IMG/VR virus record: IMGVR_UViG_3300005253_001115
Coordinates: 202,641 to 266,640 of that record
Strand: one strand, 5' to 3'
Length of the DNA stretch: 64,000 bases
Below the pieces are notes generated by a model. It was not told the DNA's origin, made no database searches, and was given only the letters and a program-made list of their open reading frames with translations. Below are positions 1 to 10,118 of the stretch, piece by piece. How positions within the stretch are numbered: the stretch's first letter is position 1; every line of letters begins with the position of its first letter. The translations under genes were made by a program, and so were the position numbers.

Positions 1-1327
1 CCACGACCTCTGTTGTGGTGGTCTTCAGAGCTGACTTCATGGTCCTGGCCATTCCCTCGGCCTTGGTAAGCTGCTCGGCAATGGCTTCGGTATCGAGCGG
101 CTGTCCACAAGTGGGGCACTCCGACTCTGTGAGTTTGGCTAGCTTGGTAATGTTTGTCTTGGACTCCTCAAGCTGGTGCTCGATGACGCTCAACGCGCCT
201 TGTGCATCCTTCAAACGTTCGGGCACGTCGTCACCGATTTGTCTTACCTGGGGGAGCTTCTCCTCCAGAACAATACGCCGCCTAATGCCATCAAGCTCCG
301 CTTGCAGCTTAGCCAGACGGGTCTGAGACCTGCCTAGAGACGCAGCCGCCTCTTGTTCCGTCATGCCTACGTCTGAATCGTAGGCTGCCTCCAACTCGGT
401 CTTCTCAGAAACTAGAGCCTCAAGCTCTTCCAGTTTCGAGATGCGAGCGTTGAGCTTGCGCAACTTGGCTTGCCGTGTTTCGGACACGTCATTCACATCT
501 AGTTCATCCCACTTGGGAAACATCAGGTCTAGCTTCTGCCGGACACCCTTACGGTCCGCATAGCGCGATAGAGTCGAATCGGCTTCCTTGATGCGAGCAC
601 CCCACACGGCGTTTTTGTCATGTACGAACTGGGACGTGTTCTCGATACTGTCGGACATGGCCGCGAAGTCGGCGGAAGACATGGGGAGGGCAGCAAGCTG
701 GGATTCTACCTCGTCCCTTACAGCAGCCTTCTCTGATAGAGCTGCAATCTGTGCCTTAACTGCCTCCAGCTCGTCATCAACACCCTCCTTCACAAGGTCG
801 TAGCGGTCGAGGCTGAACAGGTCAGACAGGTAATTCCGCTTCTCTGCTCCCTTGCCAGAGATTAGTACGTGACCCGCGCCCTCCTGGGCTAGATACACGT
901 ACCCTCGGAATTCCTCTTCGGTGATCCCGATGATTTCCTTGATGTAGGTGATGCAATCGGCCATGTGACGAGTACCCTTAGGGGTAACGTCTACCTTGTC
1001 CTTGTAGATCTTGTAGCCGTTGGTGCGCTCTTGCTTCTTGGCACCACGGAACTGAAGGATCTTGTACTCGTGGGAATCGACTTCTAGGATCAACTCTGCG
1101 AAGTAGCCGTCACCAGCGAACTGGTTCCGGGCGAAGCCTTTGGAGGTGGAAGAGAACAGGATGTGCTGTAGCACCTCGAAGATGGTACTCTTGCCAGCGC
1201 CGTTGCTGCCGCCGGTATCCTTGTTATCGCCCTTGAGAAACACCCGTCCCTGGTGCTCCAAAGGGATCAATACAGTTTCTTGGAATGTAACGGCGTTCTT
1301 ATACCGCAGACTTTTGAATCGAATCAT
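1..1327 (-). CDS. SbcC/Rad50/gp46-like recombination ATPase (runs off the window start)
   Basis: Not in the ORF track; translated by hand from ATG at 1327: MIRFKSLRYKN...GDNKDTGGSNGAGKSTIFE (Walker A), then coiled coil and the zinc hook ECPTCGQP near 98-121. An SbcD partner lies at 8098-9129. Confidence 0.9.
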   Translation of the reverse strand, partial: MIRFKSLRYKNAVTFQETVLIPLEHQGRVFLKGDNKDTGGSNGAGKSTIFEVLQHILFSSTSKGFARNQFAGDGYFAELILEVDSHEYKILQFRGAKKQERTNGYKIYKDKVDVTPKGTRHMADCITYIKEIIGITEEEFRGYVYLAQEGAGHVLISGKGAEKRNYLSDLFSLDRYDLVKEGVDDELEAVKAQIAALSEKAAVRDEVESQLAALPMSSADFAAMSDSIENTSQFVHDKNAVWGARIKEADSTLSRYADRKGVRQKLDLMFPKWDELDVNDVSETRQAKLRKLNARISKLEELEALVSEKTELEAAYDSDVGMTEQEAAASLGRSQTRLAKLQAELDGIRRRIVLEEKLPQVRQIGDDVPERLKDAQGALSVIEHQLEESKTNITKLAKLTESECPTCGQPLDTEAIAEQLTKAEGMARTMKSALKTTTTEVV

Positions 1328-2048
1328 ATCCGTATCTCATCATTGTCAACTGTGCAACTACTGGCAACATGGAAGTAGTGATTCTGGTGTTGGGCTCCCG
1401 GTGCCTGTTTGTAGTACAGGAAATGTCCCCGAGAACCGCTTTGATCTCTCCCTCACCTTTAGTGTGTTCGGGGTCGATCACCTTGCAAATATCCTGTAAC
1501 AGAGTCCAGTTCTCTGTTGTAAGGTCTTCGAGGCGGTACCTAATATACTGGAGGTCCGCACGCCGCAGGACCGCAGACTCAATCCACAGGTTCCAGTTCA
1601 TCCACCAGTGGATTAACCTCTGGATCTCCCCAGGCCCTTCATGTTCTTCTGCCGCACCCTCGGGCCATACCCAGTCCTGGGTGGTGTCCCAGATGAACCT
1701 CTTCCAGGGGATGCTCTTGTTGTACAGCGGGTCGGACTCCAGACCTGCATTCTCGTCCCAAGTCCTGAAGTAGCTATCACCATCCGGCGGGAGATTCGAG
1801 TTCAGCACGTTAATGGGATTCCGTAGCTGGTGGAACACAACGGTGCCGGGTGGCAGTCCTTTCAAGTAAGGCACAGACATCCAGCTCGCGTCGCCCCAGA
1901 TTCCATCCTCTGTCCGTTCCACAGTAGCTTTCTCGTACCCAAAGTGGCGCTCGTGGCCACAATCGAGACTCATACTCGTGAGAACCTTGGCTATATATTT
2001 GGTGCCGGACCTAGGAAGCCCGGCAACTACGTACCGGATATTGCCCAC
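1299..2048 (-). CDS. Sulfotransferase-family protein
   Basis: N-terminal VAGLPRSGT (5'-PSB loop), RNPINVLNS (3'-PB-like) and YRLEDL. Confidence 0.7.
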   Translation of the reverse strand: MGNIRYVVAGLPRSGTKYIAKVLTSMSLDCGHERHFGYEKATVERTEDGIWGDASWMSVPYLKGLPPGTVVFHQLRNPINVLNSNLPPDGDSYFRTWDENAGLESDPLYNKSIPWKRFIWDTTQDWVWPEGAAEEHEGPGEIQRLIHWWMNWNLWIESAVLRRADLQYIRYRLEDLTTENWTLLQDICKVIDPEHTKGEGEIKAVLGDISCTTNRHREPNTRITTSMLPVVAQLTMMRYGYDSIQKSAV

Positions 2049-2338
2049 TACTCCCCCTTCTTGTCCGGGATGTTGAGGATGGATCGAACGCCGAGCTTGC
2101 GACTGCTGGCACCCAGTATGTGGCGCAGGGCACCCGCCGTCTTTCCGCTTCGACCGATAAGCTTTCCAACGTCGTCCTTGTCCACATCCACCACGAACAG
2201 GAACGTAGGACCAATCCCCTTATCAGGATCTCCTGCCGCTTCTGTGTGAGCTATGTGAATCGCTTCTTCGTTGTCAACAAGAGCCATCACCATTGCAAGT
2301 AACAACTCTACTAGAATGTCCGCTGCGTGTCTTCCCAT
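2048..2338 (-). CDS. khpA: KhpA/YlqC-like single KH-domain RNA-binding protein
   Basis: ALVDNEEAI...VDKDDVGKLIGRSGKTAGALR, with a GxxG KH loop and KhpA-like length. Confidence 0.8.
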   Translation of the reverse strand: MGRHAADILVELLLAMVMALVDNEEAIHIAHTEAAGDPDKGIGPTFLFVVDVDKDDVGKLIGRSGKTAGALRHILGASSRKLGVRSILNIPDKKGE

Positions 2339-2352
2339 TTATACATTCCCTT

Positions 2353-4509
2353 TCATCTATTATTGATATCGAACTCGATTGGGCAACCACCGCTGTCGCA
2401 TTCGAGTGCATCCCCTACGGCTTCATTCGTGTATCGGTCGATGTTGCCCGCGAGGCTCTCGTAATACTCTTTAGTGATTTTCTCCTCCGGCACATAGACA
2501 TACGCGCTTTTGGAGATGCTGGGCATGACAGCGCATGCCTTCACAGTAGGTTGATTCTCCAGAAGCATGTCAGCAAACTCTACGAAACTAACTACTTCCG
2601 GGTCATACTTCAGCGTGTAGCTAACTTGGTTATGGCATCCACGCCCCCCAAGCCAGTGCTTCTCCAGCAAACGAATCCATTCGTATTGCTCCATAGGAGA
2701 CGCCGCGCTAGCAATGGTAACGTCATCGCCCATCAGGTCTGAAATAGGCTGCCTCGTCGGAAACCCTATCGCGCAATGTCCAGAATATTGCTCGTCGATG
2801 TCCTTGACTGGGTAACCTCGCTTTTTGTGTGCCGCGACCTGCGAATCGCCCTTAGGGTACTGGACCCACCGGATGTACCAAAGCAGGGCAGCCAAGTGAG
2901 CACCCTCAGTGCAATTCATCACCTTACTGACTGTACCACTAGGCTTAATGGTAGTCATGGTATGGGGAATAGCCACACCAATCTCTTCGGCGTAGTCCAC
3001 CGCAGAGATCTCTACAGCTCGCCGCATTTCGTCAATGAACGACCAGAACTCAAGGGACTTCTCTTCGTCAAGGATATCTAGGAACGTCAGGCCGAATTGC
3101 TTGTAGGCAAACTCGTGAATTCCTGTAAGCCCAACACCAATACGATTTGTTCGTGTCACCTCGCTAGCGTATAACGAAGGCATGAGGTTGACTCTCATCA
3201 GGAATCGTGCCATTAGGCGTGCAGCGTTCAAGCAGTCCTGTGTGTTTTCGGCATTGGCCAGACACAGGTCACCAATAACGCAATAGCCTCCCATAAGAGA
3301 TATACAGATCTCTGCACAAGGGTTCACGATGAACTTGTATCTCTTCTTCTTGGCCCACCGTAGGGTGTGCTCAATCAACTCCATCGTCTTGGGGTGCAAA
3401 TCGAGCATCTTCTGCATCTTGGCACTGATGTAGGTGTCAGGTGTGATGTTATCTAGACCTGTCTCATTATTCGTGAGTAGATCCACATTGAGGAAGCCGG
3501 GCTCTCCTGTCTTGTCGAAGTACGCCGCTCCAACAGCAGCCTCATATACACGACGGGCATGAGAAGGCTCAGGACGCAGAGCACCAGCCCAAAACTCAGC
3601 ATCCACAGCAATAGAGTTATTCGCACTATAGAGCTTGGCTCTAGGCGATGCGACACGCTTAATGTCGATGAACTCGATGACATCCTTGTCTCTCCAGCTC
3701 TTCACTGCGATACGAGCAGACCTGCGAATACCACCGACAGCTACACAAGATGATAGGTAGTGGTCAATGAACATCGCCTGCTTCCAGGGCTTCATGCCAG
3801 CACCTTTGATGGTGGACACCTTGCCTAGAGAGTGCATGAAGGGAACAGGACCAGAAGCCGGTCGTCCCTGCTGTCCCTTAATAGGCTCACCCGCCCCGCG
3901 CACCTTAGAGAAGTCGAAGATATACAACTTGTCTTGATGCTTGGCCTGAGAAGAGGCAGTCTCAAGAATCTCTACGACCTTGACCCACCCCTCCCCAGAA
4001 TCCGCAACCTCGAACCAACGAACATCCTCAGACTCGCTATCGTACTTATGAACAGCCTCTTCTAGAGACTCAATTCCCTCTTGGTAGTCCGGGTGCTTCT
4101 CGGAAAGCACAAACCGGCAGTTCGGCATGAAGTCCCAGTTAACTCGACACAGATCCGAGTCGTAACAACGGCCTACACCAGAGCCCTTCAGCAAAAGCCA
4201 GAATTCAATAAAGCTGAACATAGCTGTAGAGCAATTGACGAATACCTCGCCAATCTTGTCCGGCTGCCGCAGATCTCCGTGCTGTAGATGACGACCCGAG
4301 AAGGGCATAATACCTGCTCTCGCAAGTTCCATGGTCTCCCGCATCTCTTCTTCGTAGTCGTCCCGTGTACGGGGGTCTAATAGAAAGTTGCCCTCTACAA
4401 CCTCAGTGACCCGCTCGCTCCACGTCTGGAAACCCGTATCGGTTTTCCGAGCGTATTTGTTCTCCCAAACCGATCGGGGCATTCCCTCCGGCACCTCAAA
4501 TACTTGCAT
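2353..4509 (-). CDS. nrdJ: Class II (B12-dependent) ribonucleotide reductase
   Basis: NPCAEI, TIKPSGT, GGIRRSA and C-terminal CDSGGCP; no beta subunit nearby. Confidence 0.88.
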   Translation of the reverse strand: MQVFEVPEGMPRSVWENKYARKTDTGFQTWSERVTEVVEGNFLLDPRTRDDYEEEMRETMELARAGIMPFSGRHLQHGDLRQPDKIGEVFVNCSTAMFSFIEFWLLLKGSGVGRCYDSDLCRVNWDFMPNCRFVLSEKHPDYQEGIESLEEAVHKYDSESEDVRWFEVADSGEGWVKVVEILETASSQAKHQDKLYIFDFSKVRGAGEPIKGQQGRPASGPVPFMHSLGKVSTIKGAGMKPWKQAMFIDHYLSSCVAVGGIRRSARIAVKSWRDKDVIEFIDIKRVASPRAKLYSANNSIAVDAEFWAGALRPEPSHARRVYEAAVGAAYFDKTGEPGFLNVDLLTNNETGLDNITPDTYISAKMQKMLDLHPKTMELIEHTLRWAKKKRYKFIVNPCAEICISLMGGYCVIGDLCLANAENTQDCLNAARLMARFLMRVNLMPSLYASEVTRTNRIGVGLTGIHEFAYKQFGLTFLDILDEEKSLEFWSFIDEMRRAVEISAVDYAEEIGVAIPHTMTTIKPSGTVSKVMNCTEGAHLAALLWYIRWVQYPKGDSQVAAHKKRGYPVKDIDEQYSGHCAIGFPTRQPISDLMGDDVTIASAASPMEQYEWIRLLEKHWLGGRGCHNQVSYTLKYDPEVVSFVEFADMLLENQPTVKACAVMPSISKSAYVYVPEEKITKEYYESLAGNIDRYTNEAVGDALECDSGGCPIEFDINNR

Positions 4510-4513
4510 TTAT

Positions 4514-5584
4514 TTACTCCTCTGGCTGTGCATTTCTTTTGATGATGGTTACAAGTCGCGCAGTCAGAGCCACAAGTACATGGTTAGCGTCTACGGTTCG
4601 TTCCTTTGCAAGGACCAAACTCTTGAGCATCTCGTCAAGAACTTCAGACATCACCTCTACAGAGATCGAGTCCCGAGTGATGCCCTTAGAGGTAAGCAAA
4701 GCAATCCAGCGATCAGAATATGATGTCAACAATTTCGAGCTAATGAAAGAGAACATGGCTTCCTTGTGCGTATCCATCGCACAAGACAGGAAGTAATCTA
4801 CGTTCTCTACAAGACCGGCTATACCCAGGGCAGTAGTGTACTTACCTCGGTAAATAGAGAGCATGTAACGGCGCAGGTAATCGCTAGGTGGTACTTGAAC
4901 AACCTGCTCCACTGCGGAGACTACGTTTTCAGCATTAGTAACGTCTCCCCCGCCAGCAATATAGTTGACGACCGCTTCAAGCGCTTGCAGTGCATCTCTT
5001 GGGTGTCCTTTGGTTAGACGTGCAATTTGCTTGAACACGTCCACGGGTAGATCTTGTCCCTCTTTCTCAGCAGTTCGCTTCAATAGGGCGAAGCAATCCT
5101 TGAGAGAAACCTTGCTGAGCCTGATCGGGTGGCACCTATTAATAATGGTATTCGGCAGCTTCTCGGGCTCGTTGGTGCAAAGGATGAAGATGGTCTTCGA
5201 CGGCGGCTCCTCAAGCATTTTGAGGAACGCCTGCTTGGCCTGGGGGGTCCATTGGTGGATCTCATCGAGAATGAAGACGCGGTAATTCCTCTTCGGAGCG
5301 TACTTCGCAGCCTTGATGAGCTGACGAACGTCGTCAATTCCCCGGGCCTCCGCTCCGTTCAGCTCTACTACGTCAACGAGCTTGGTAGCGTCGGCGGGGA
5401 GATCATTTGCCATTCTGGCGATGATTCTGGCGATAGTGGTCTTGCCGCTTCCCGTGGGGCCGGACAGGAGAATCGAGTTCGCAATATTCCCTGTGGAGAA
5501 CATTCCCTTGATTTGGAGGACGGCAGCTTCTTGGCCAACCAAATCTTCGAGCACGAGGGGGCGATATTTCAAGGCATATGACAT
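4514..5584 (-). CDS. dnaX: DNA polymerase III gamma/tau-like clamp loader subunit
   Basis: ALKYRP...LVGQ, GPTGSGKTT, ILDEIH, LKMLEEPP, TIINRC. Confidence 0.88.
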   Translation of the reverse strand: MSYALKYRPLVLEDLVGQEAAVLQIKGMFSTGNIANSILLSGPTGSGKTTIARIIARMANDLPADATKLVDVVELNGAEARGIDDVRQLIKAAKYAPKRNYRVFILDEIHQWTPQAKQAFLKMLEEPPSKTIFILCTNEPEKLPNTIINRCHPIRLSKVSLKDCFALLKRTAEKEGQDLPVDVFKQIARLTKGHPRDALQALEAVVNYIAGGGDVTNAENVVSAVEQVVQVPPSDYLRRYMLSIYRGKYTTALGIAGLVENVDYFLSCAMDTHKEAMFSFISSKLLTSYSDRWIALLTSKGITRDSISVEVMSEVLDEMLKSLVLAKERTVDANHVLVALTARLVTIIKRNAQPEE

Positions 5585-5659
5585 TACAGCTCCTTATCAA
5601 CTATCAGCTTAGGGTTTACATAACCCCTTGCACAACGTCTTTAGTCTCACCGCTCTCGG

Positions 5660-6190
5660 TTAGATCAGGGTGCTTAGCTTCGAGTGCAAATTCTCGTAAC
5701 TTGACCCCAAAATTAGGGCAAAAAGACGCTCGATTTTTTCGATCAGCTCCTCTTCCGTACCATTGTTGTCGATGATAATATCGCAATCGGTAGCCAGGAT
5801 TTTGCATGTCGGGTCCACTTGGGGTACTCTTTTCCCCGCCTCGACCCAGATCGCCATATCTGACAGATGCCTAGAGGCGATAAACTCAACCCTGCTCCGA
5901 ATTCCTACGTACATGTCGTAGCTTGCGAAAATCGCCGCAGACAGCTTAGACTCATCGTTCTCGTTGAAGGCCCGGATCGCATTGTACCACTCGACCCGGT
6001 GATTCACCCGGTCCTCGTAACACTCATCGAGAGAGTCGTAAGTGATTCCCAGCTTCTCCAACCAAGGGGTGACTACGTGCTCAGCACAGAACATCGAGGA
6101 GGACTCGAACGTCAGCCCCGTCATGTCCCTAATGACCTCCCCCACTGTGTCCTTCCCGTGCCGCCCGTGACCTATGACAAAGATTTTCAT
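5660..6190 (-). CDS. Deoxynucleoside monophosphate kinase-like P-loop protein
   Basis: IGHGRHGKDT and C-terminal DIIIDNNGT. Confidence 0.65.
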   Translation of the reverse strand: MKIFVIGHGRHGKDTVGEVIRDMTGLTFESSSMFCAEHVVTPWLEKLGITYDSLDECYEDRVNHRVEWYNAIRAFNENDESKLSAAIFASYDMYVGIRSRVEFIASRHLSDMAIWVEAGKRVPQVDPTCKILATDCDIIIDNNGTEEELIEKIERLFALILGSSYENLHSKLSTLI

Positions 6191-6540
6191 TACTCGAAGT
6201 CCTTCATGCGGGAATCAATTGCGCCCCATACGCTGATGAGCATTTCGTCCCGGTTAGGCCAATCTTGTGGGAGAGCAATCTCGAAGAGGAACTGATTAGC
6301 ACCGTTGAATGTGATGGACACTGGAACGGTTAAGCTAGACATTACCTTTTGCCGCAGGTTCTCCAGTGTACGTAGATCCTTTACTGTAAACAAGATGAAA
6401 GGGTGTTCCGGCAAGTTATGGTGACCTTCGTAGTCGTAGCCAGAACATGCCGACAGCACCGAGACAGACTTCAGCCCGTCCAATCTACCAAGTAAATTAG
6501 TGATGGGAGATCCCGGCTGCCTGCACTGCTTACATTTCAT
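6190..6540 (-). CDS. Hypothetical protein (start reassigned to ATG 6540)
   Basis: MKCKQC...; start overlaps the stop of the upstream gene. Confidence 0.55.
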   Translation of the reverse strand: MKCKQCRQPGSPITNLLGRLDGLKSVSVLSACSGYDYEGHHNLPEHPFILFTVKDLRTLENLRQKVMSSLTVPVSITFNGANQFLFEIALPQDWPNRDEMLISVWGAIDSRMKDFE

Positions 6541-7559
6541 CCTTCCCGTACTCCGTTCTCTAGATTGGCTCCTGCGGACACGCTCCAAAAGTTGCCACGG
6601 CACTTTCTCTGAAGCTCGTACACGTCTCTGGCCCCACCGTAGGTCAGGGCGCTTCTGAGAGAGCCTGATAGATAATCGAGGTAGTCCTCGGCGGAGCCCC
6701 AAACCTCGGCGTACATGGACTCCCCTTCCGGGACAGTACCGGGACGCAGCCCTCCGTAGTATTCCAACTGGAACTCGGCGCTTGCTTGCCCGCGATACTT
6801 GGCAACGTAAGGGCCTGTTCGGTTTAGCTCTCCATCAAGGTGCCCCTTCCAGGCAGCACTCTCGTCGCAAACAGCGAACTGCTTGCCCATCATAACGGTA
6901 CTAGCACCCGCAGCCAGAGCCTTAGCGATATCATCAGGACCGCTGATACCTCCGTCTGCGATGAAGGGGACGTGTAGCTTCATAGCCTCTTTCCCGATCT
7001 CGTAGACGGCTGTGAATTGGGGTACCCCGAACCCGGTGATTTTGCGGGTGGTGCAGGCAGCACCCGGGCCGATTCCCACCTTAACGGCGTCGGCTCCCCA
7101 TTCTACCAAGTCCTTGTATCCATCAACCGAGCATACGTTGCCAGCGATTACCTTGGTTCCGGCTTGCTTCAGCGTCGCGATGGCGGGCTTCATGCGAGAA
7201 TCGTGACCATGGGCGATATCAATACAGACACCTGTCAAACCCATATCTACCAGACGAAGGGCTTCCTTGATCTCAGAATCTTTGATGCCTGACGAAATGA
7301 AGCAACCCTCGAAGTCGTTGATCCACCCTACCTTCGTATCGAAGTCGGTGAACCTGTGAAAGATCGGTACGCCGCCACGCTCGAAGATGATCTTAGCTAG
7401 CGCCGGTCCGATCACTGTGTCCATGTTGGCCGGGATGAACGGAAGCTCTGTTTCCACACCCACGGCTAATTTGGTAGTCAGGGTCGGCTCTCCGCGAGAA
7501 GCTACGTTGTTGTACACCGGCTCGATGCAAACGTCACTATAGGTATATGCCCGCCTCAC
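6537..7559 (-). CDS. IMP dehydrogenase / GMP reductase family protein, no CBS domain
   Basis: [29 protein letters not shown] (catalytic Cys), IADGGI, LRSALTY. Confidence 0.9.
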   Translation of the reverse strand: MRRAYTYSDVCIEPVYNNVASRGEPTLTTKLAVGVETELPFIPANMDTVIGPALAKIIFERGGVPIFHRFTDFDTKVGWINDFEGCFISSGIKDSEIKEALRLVDMGLTGVCIDIAHGHDSRMKPAIATLKQAGTKVIAGNVCSVDGYKDLVEWGADAVKVGIGPGAACTTRKITGFGVPQFTAVYEIGKEAMKLHVPFIADGGISGPDDIAKALAAGASTVMMGKQFAVCDESAAWKGHLDGELNRTGPYVAKYRGQASAEFQLEYYGGLRPGTVPEGESMYAEVWGSAEDYLDYLSGSLRSALTYGGARDVYELQRKCRGNFWSVSAGANLENGVREG

Positions 7560-7852
7560 GTCTTCACCCCTACAATCAGACCAGCCTTCTCGCCCTCAGT
7601 CTGAATAGCTTCACACTTCACTCGGACTTTGGCTCCGGGTAGTGCCGCCATGCCCTTCAGGGATGTCAGGGGAGCCTCCATTGCAGATGCCGTGTCTTCT
7701 GCGGCCATCTTGATAGGGTCCGGGTCTGTGTAAGTCTCAGGGTCCACTTCGTATTCGACCTGAAAGGACAGAATGAATCTCATCTTCTGCCTCTTGGGTC
7801 CACTAATGATCTTCGTCATCTTAGATCTCAAATCCTCTATTGATTTTCTCAC
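7556..7852 (-). CDS. Hypothetical protein
   Basis: ORF tiles with its neighbours (4-bp overlap). Confidence 0.55.
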   Translation of the reverse strand: MRKSIEDLRSKMTKIISGPKRQKMRFILSFQVEYEVDPETYTDPDPIKMAAEDTASAMEAPLTSLKGMAALPGAKVRVKCEAIQTEGEKAGLIVGVKT

Positions 7853-7897
7853 ACCAATCCACCTTTATCCCTATTGGGACTGCCCATTGCATGAATC

Positions 7898-8101
7898 TCA
7901 TTCTCGTGCCCATCCCATCACTTTGTATTTTAGGAATTCCCCAGCTCTACGAGCTATGTCGCAGTGACTCTTGTTAACCCCGTATGTCGTACAATGTTCA
8001 CGACCACTGTCACCAACTTTTCGAGCGATTATGATTACCTGATCGTAATCATACTTTTCCGCTATTTCCTTTGCAGCAGCTATCGGTATATCTTGAGTCA
8101 T
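7898..8101 (-). CDS. Hypothetical protein
   Basis: ORF overlaps the SbcD stop by 4 bp. Confidence 0.55.
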   Translation of the reverse strand: MTQDIPIAAAKEIAEKYDYDQVIIIARKVGDSGREHCTTYGVNKSHCDIARRAGEFLKYKVMGWARE

Positions 8102-9129
8102 TTTACGTATTTCTCCTGCACCCAGCGAACACCCTCTTCTTGAAGCTCCGCTGATACTCCTTTAGTGTGGAGGAAGTCTGTGAGGCCCTCTGTCAGAGAG
8201 TCCGTGAACTCCATCTGGACAGGTCCGTCTTCTGAATCCTCGCCTTCTGCCTCAGGAGCGACTCCTTCAGTCTTTATGACGTTTTCGGGCAGCTCCATCA
8301 GGCTCTCTAGGGGACCCAAATACCTGATGTAACAGTCCGTGGGCCACTCCTCAGGCAGCTCTGTAATCGTAACTAGGGACTTGATGCCATCCAGCTCGAC
8401 CAGCTCCGTGGTGGGGTTTCCGTCTTTTTCGGCCCCTACGACCAGAACGCCCTTTGGCTGGTGATCGCCGAAATCGTGCTGGATCGGGCTACCGCTGTAC
8501 CAAGCATTGTGCCCAATCTCCTGGGATCGGTGAATGTCCCCAACAGCCCAATAATCCACAAATGCCAGGTCAGGAATACGGGGTCCTCCGCTGATATTGT
8601 AGCCGATATCTGTGTTCGCGCCACTGATGGTGGCATGTAGCATCACCACGAAAGGTCGTTCGTCTTCGATGGTGCCGTGCCACATTCTTGTTACTTCAGC
8701 CGCCAACTCCTTGGTCGTCATGTTGTTGTTCACAACGGGGATGACGGCAATGTCGAAATCTGGCAGGTTGATTACACGGGGATCTCCGTCAATAATGTAG
8801 GTTCGCTTCAGACCACCAGCCTTCTCCACCATGGCAGGGAGCCAAAGATGCGACACACCTGTAGCCAATTCGTCATGGTTGCCGTTGCAAATGACCGTGG
8901 TGAAGCCATTGGCGTCGGCCTCGAACATCTTCTCCATGAAGAGTTGCTGCTCTTCCCACTTGATGTTCTTCGACTCGAAGATGTCACCGGCCATAAGGAC
9001 GGTCTTGATGCCTCTGGCTTTGGCTACCTTGTAGATTCCATCCAGCATTAGCTCCTGCCGCTCCAGATAATCCGGTAGCGTCCGGCTCTTGCCGATGTGC
9101 AGGTCCGCTGTGTGGATGAATTTGGTCAT
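8098..9129 (-). CDS. SbcD/Mre11/gp47-like metallophosphoesterase nuclease
   Basis: HTADLHIG, AGDIF, GNHD, GDIH, YSGSP. Confidence 0.9.
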   Translation of the reverse strand: MTKFIHTADLHIGKSRTLPDYLERQELMLDGIYKVAKARGIKTVLMAGDIFESKNIKWEEQQLFMEKMFEADANGFTTVICNGNHDELATGVSHLWLPAMVEKAGGLKRTYIIDGDPRVINLPDFDIAVIPVVNNNMTTKELAAEVTRMWHGTIEDERPFVVMLHATISGANTDIGYNISGGPRIPDLAFVDYWAVGDIHRSQEIGHNAWYSGSPIQHDFGDHQPKGVLVVGAEKDGNPTTELVELDGIKSLVTITELPEEWPTDCYIRYLGPLESLMELPENVIKTEGVAPEAEGEDSEDGPVQMEFTDSLTEGLTDFLHTKGVSAELQEEGVRWVQEKYVK

Positions 9130-10118
9130 TACTTACACTCGTCGCATATCAATCTGGGCTTGCCGAAGCTATACATGTACGAGAAGTTCTTCTTACACTT
9201 CTTGCACGTAACTTCCTTTAGAGAATGGGGCTTGTATGTGAGCTTCCTCTTCGGCTTCTCAGTAGGTTCATCGAGATCTATTGTCTCTGATGACGCCACG
9301 TCGATTTTTACGGCCTTTGCGGGCTCTTTCTTGGGCTTGGATGCCTTACGCCTATTCTTAGGTTCCTTCTCTTCCGTGCTCCATGTGCTCAGCCAAGCGC
9401 CAGCAAAGTAAACCCCTACAGCTTCGATATCGCCGTCATAGTGACCGGCTACTCGCATGGATCTTGTGTCCAGCGGTGTGATGCCACGCTGCTCTAGATT
9501 TGATAGTCTGTCAAATATGACAATGGCTTTGGCGTGGTGTTTAAGGCCATCCACGTAATTCCAGTATGCTCCGTAGCTGAAGTTAGATACGTTATATGCG
9601 GCTTGAGATCCGTCATAAGGCGGATCAAGAATAGCTACCCTACCGTGCGCGAGACCGTAGGGCAGCTCAGAATAGTGCATGTCCGTAACAATAGGCTTCA
9701 GCTCTTCCCATCTGGCTAGAGCCTCAGCGTACTCCTCTACAACACTTACAGGACCGATAGGTTCTCCATCTTTGGATTTCTTTATGGGTACGTTGTATCC
9801 GTTCTTGCTGTACCTAAACACGCCGGAGAAGCTCATTCTTTGCAAGCAGTACGCATGCCTCCACCAGTCCGGCTCACTGCGTACCCTGTAGTAATCGTGA
9901 GACGAAAACGTCTCTGGAACCTCCTGCCTGTTGAAGTATTTCAGAATTTTATAGATTTCGGGATCTATGTCATTCAAAATAGCTTTGCTGGCCAAATTGG
10001 CCGATAGGACTGCGCTCCCGCAGAAATACTCAATGAACTCGTCGCCCTTGAATAAAGGTGCAAGACGATCAACCCACTGCTTCTTGCTTCCCACGTATGA
10101 GGGGAGAAACTTTATCAT
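9129..10118 (-). CDS. Dam-like (D12 class) DNA adenine methyltransferase
   Basis: YVGSK, EYFCGS, ILNDI, FSGVFRYS, LDPPY. Confidence 0.85.
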   Translation of the reverse strand: MIKFLPSYVGSKKQWVDRLAPLFKGDEFIEYFCGSAVLSANLASKAILNDIDPEIYKILKYFNRQEVPETFSSHDYYRVRSEPDWWRHAYCLQRMSFSGVFRYSKNGYNVPIKKSKDGEPIGPVSVVEEYAEALARWEELKPIVTDMHYSELPYGLAHGRVAILDPPYDGSQAAYNVSNFSYGAYWNYVDGLKHHAKAIVIFDRLSNLEQRGITPLDTRSMRVAGHYDGDIEAVGVYFAGAWLSTWSTEEKEPKNRRKASKPKKEPAKAVKIDVASSETIDLDEPTEKPKRKLTYKPHSLKEVTCKKCKKNFSYMYSFGKPRLICDECK

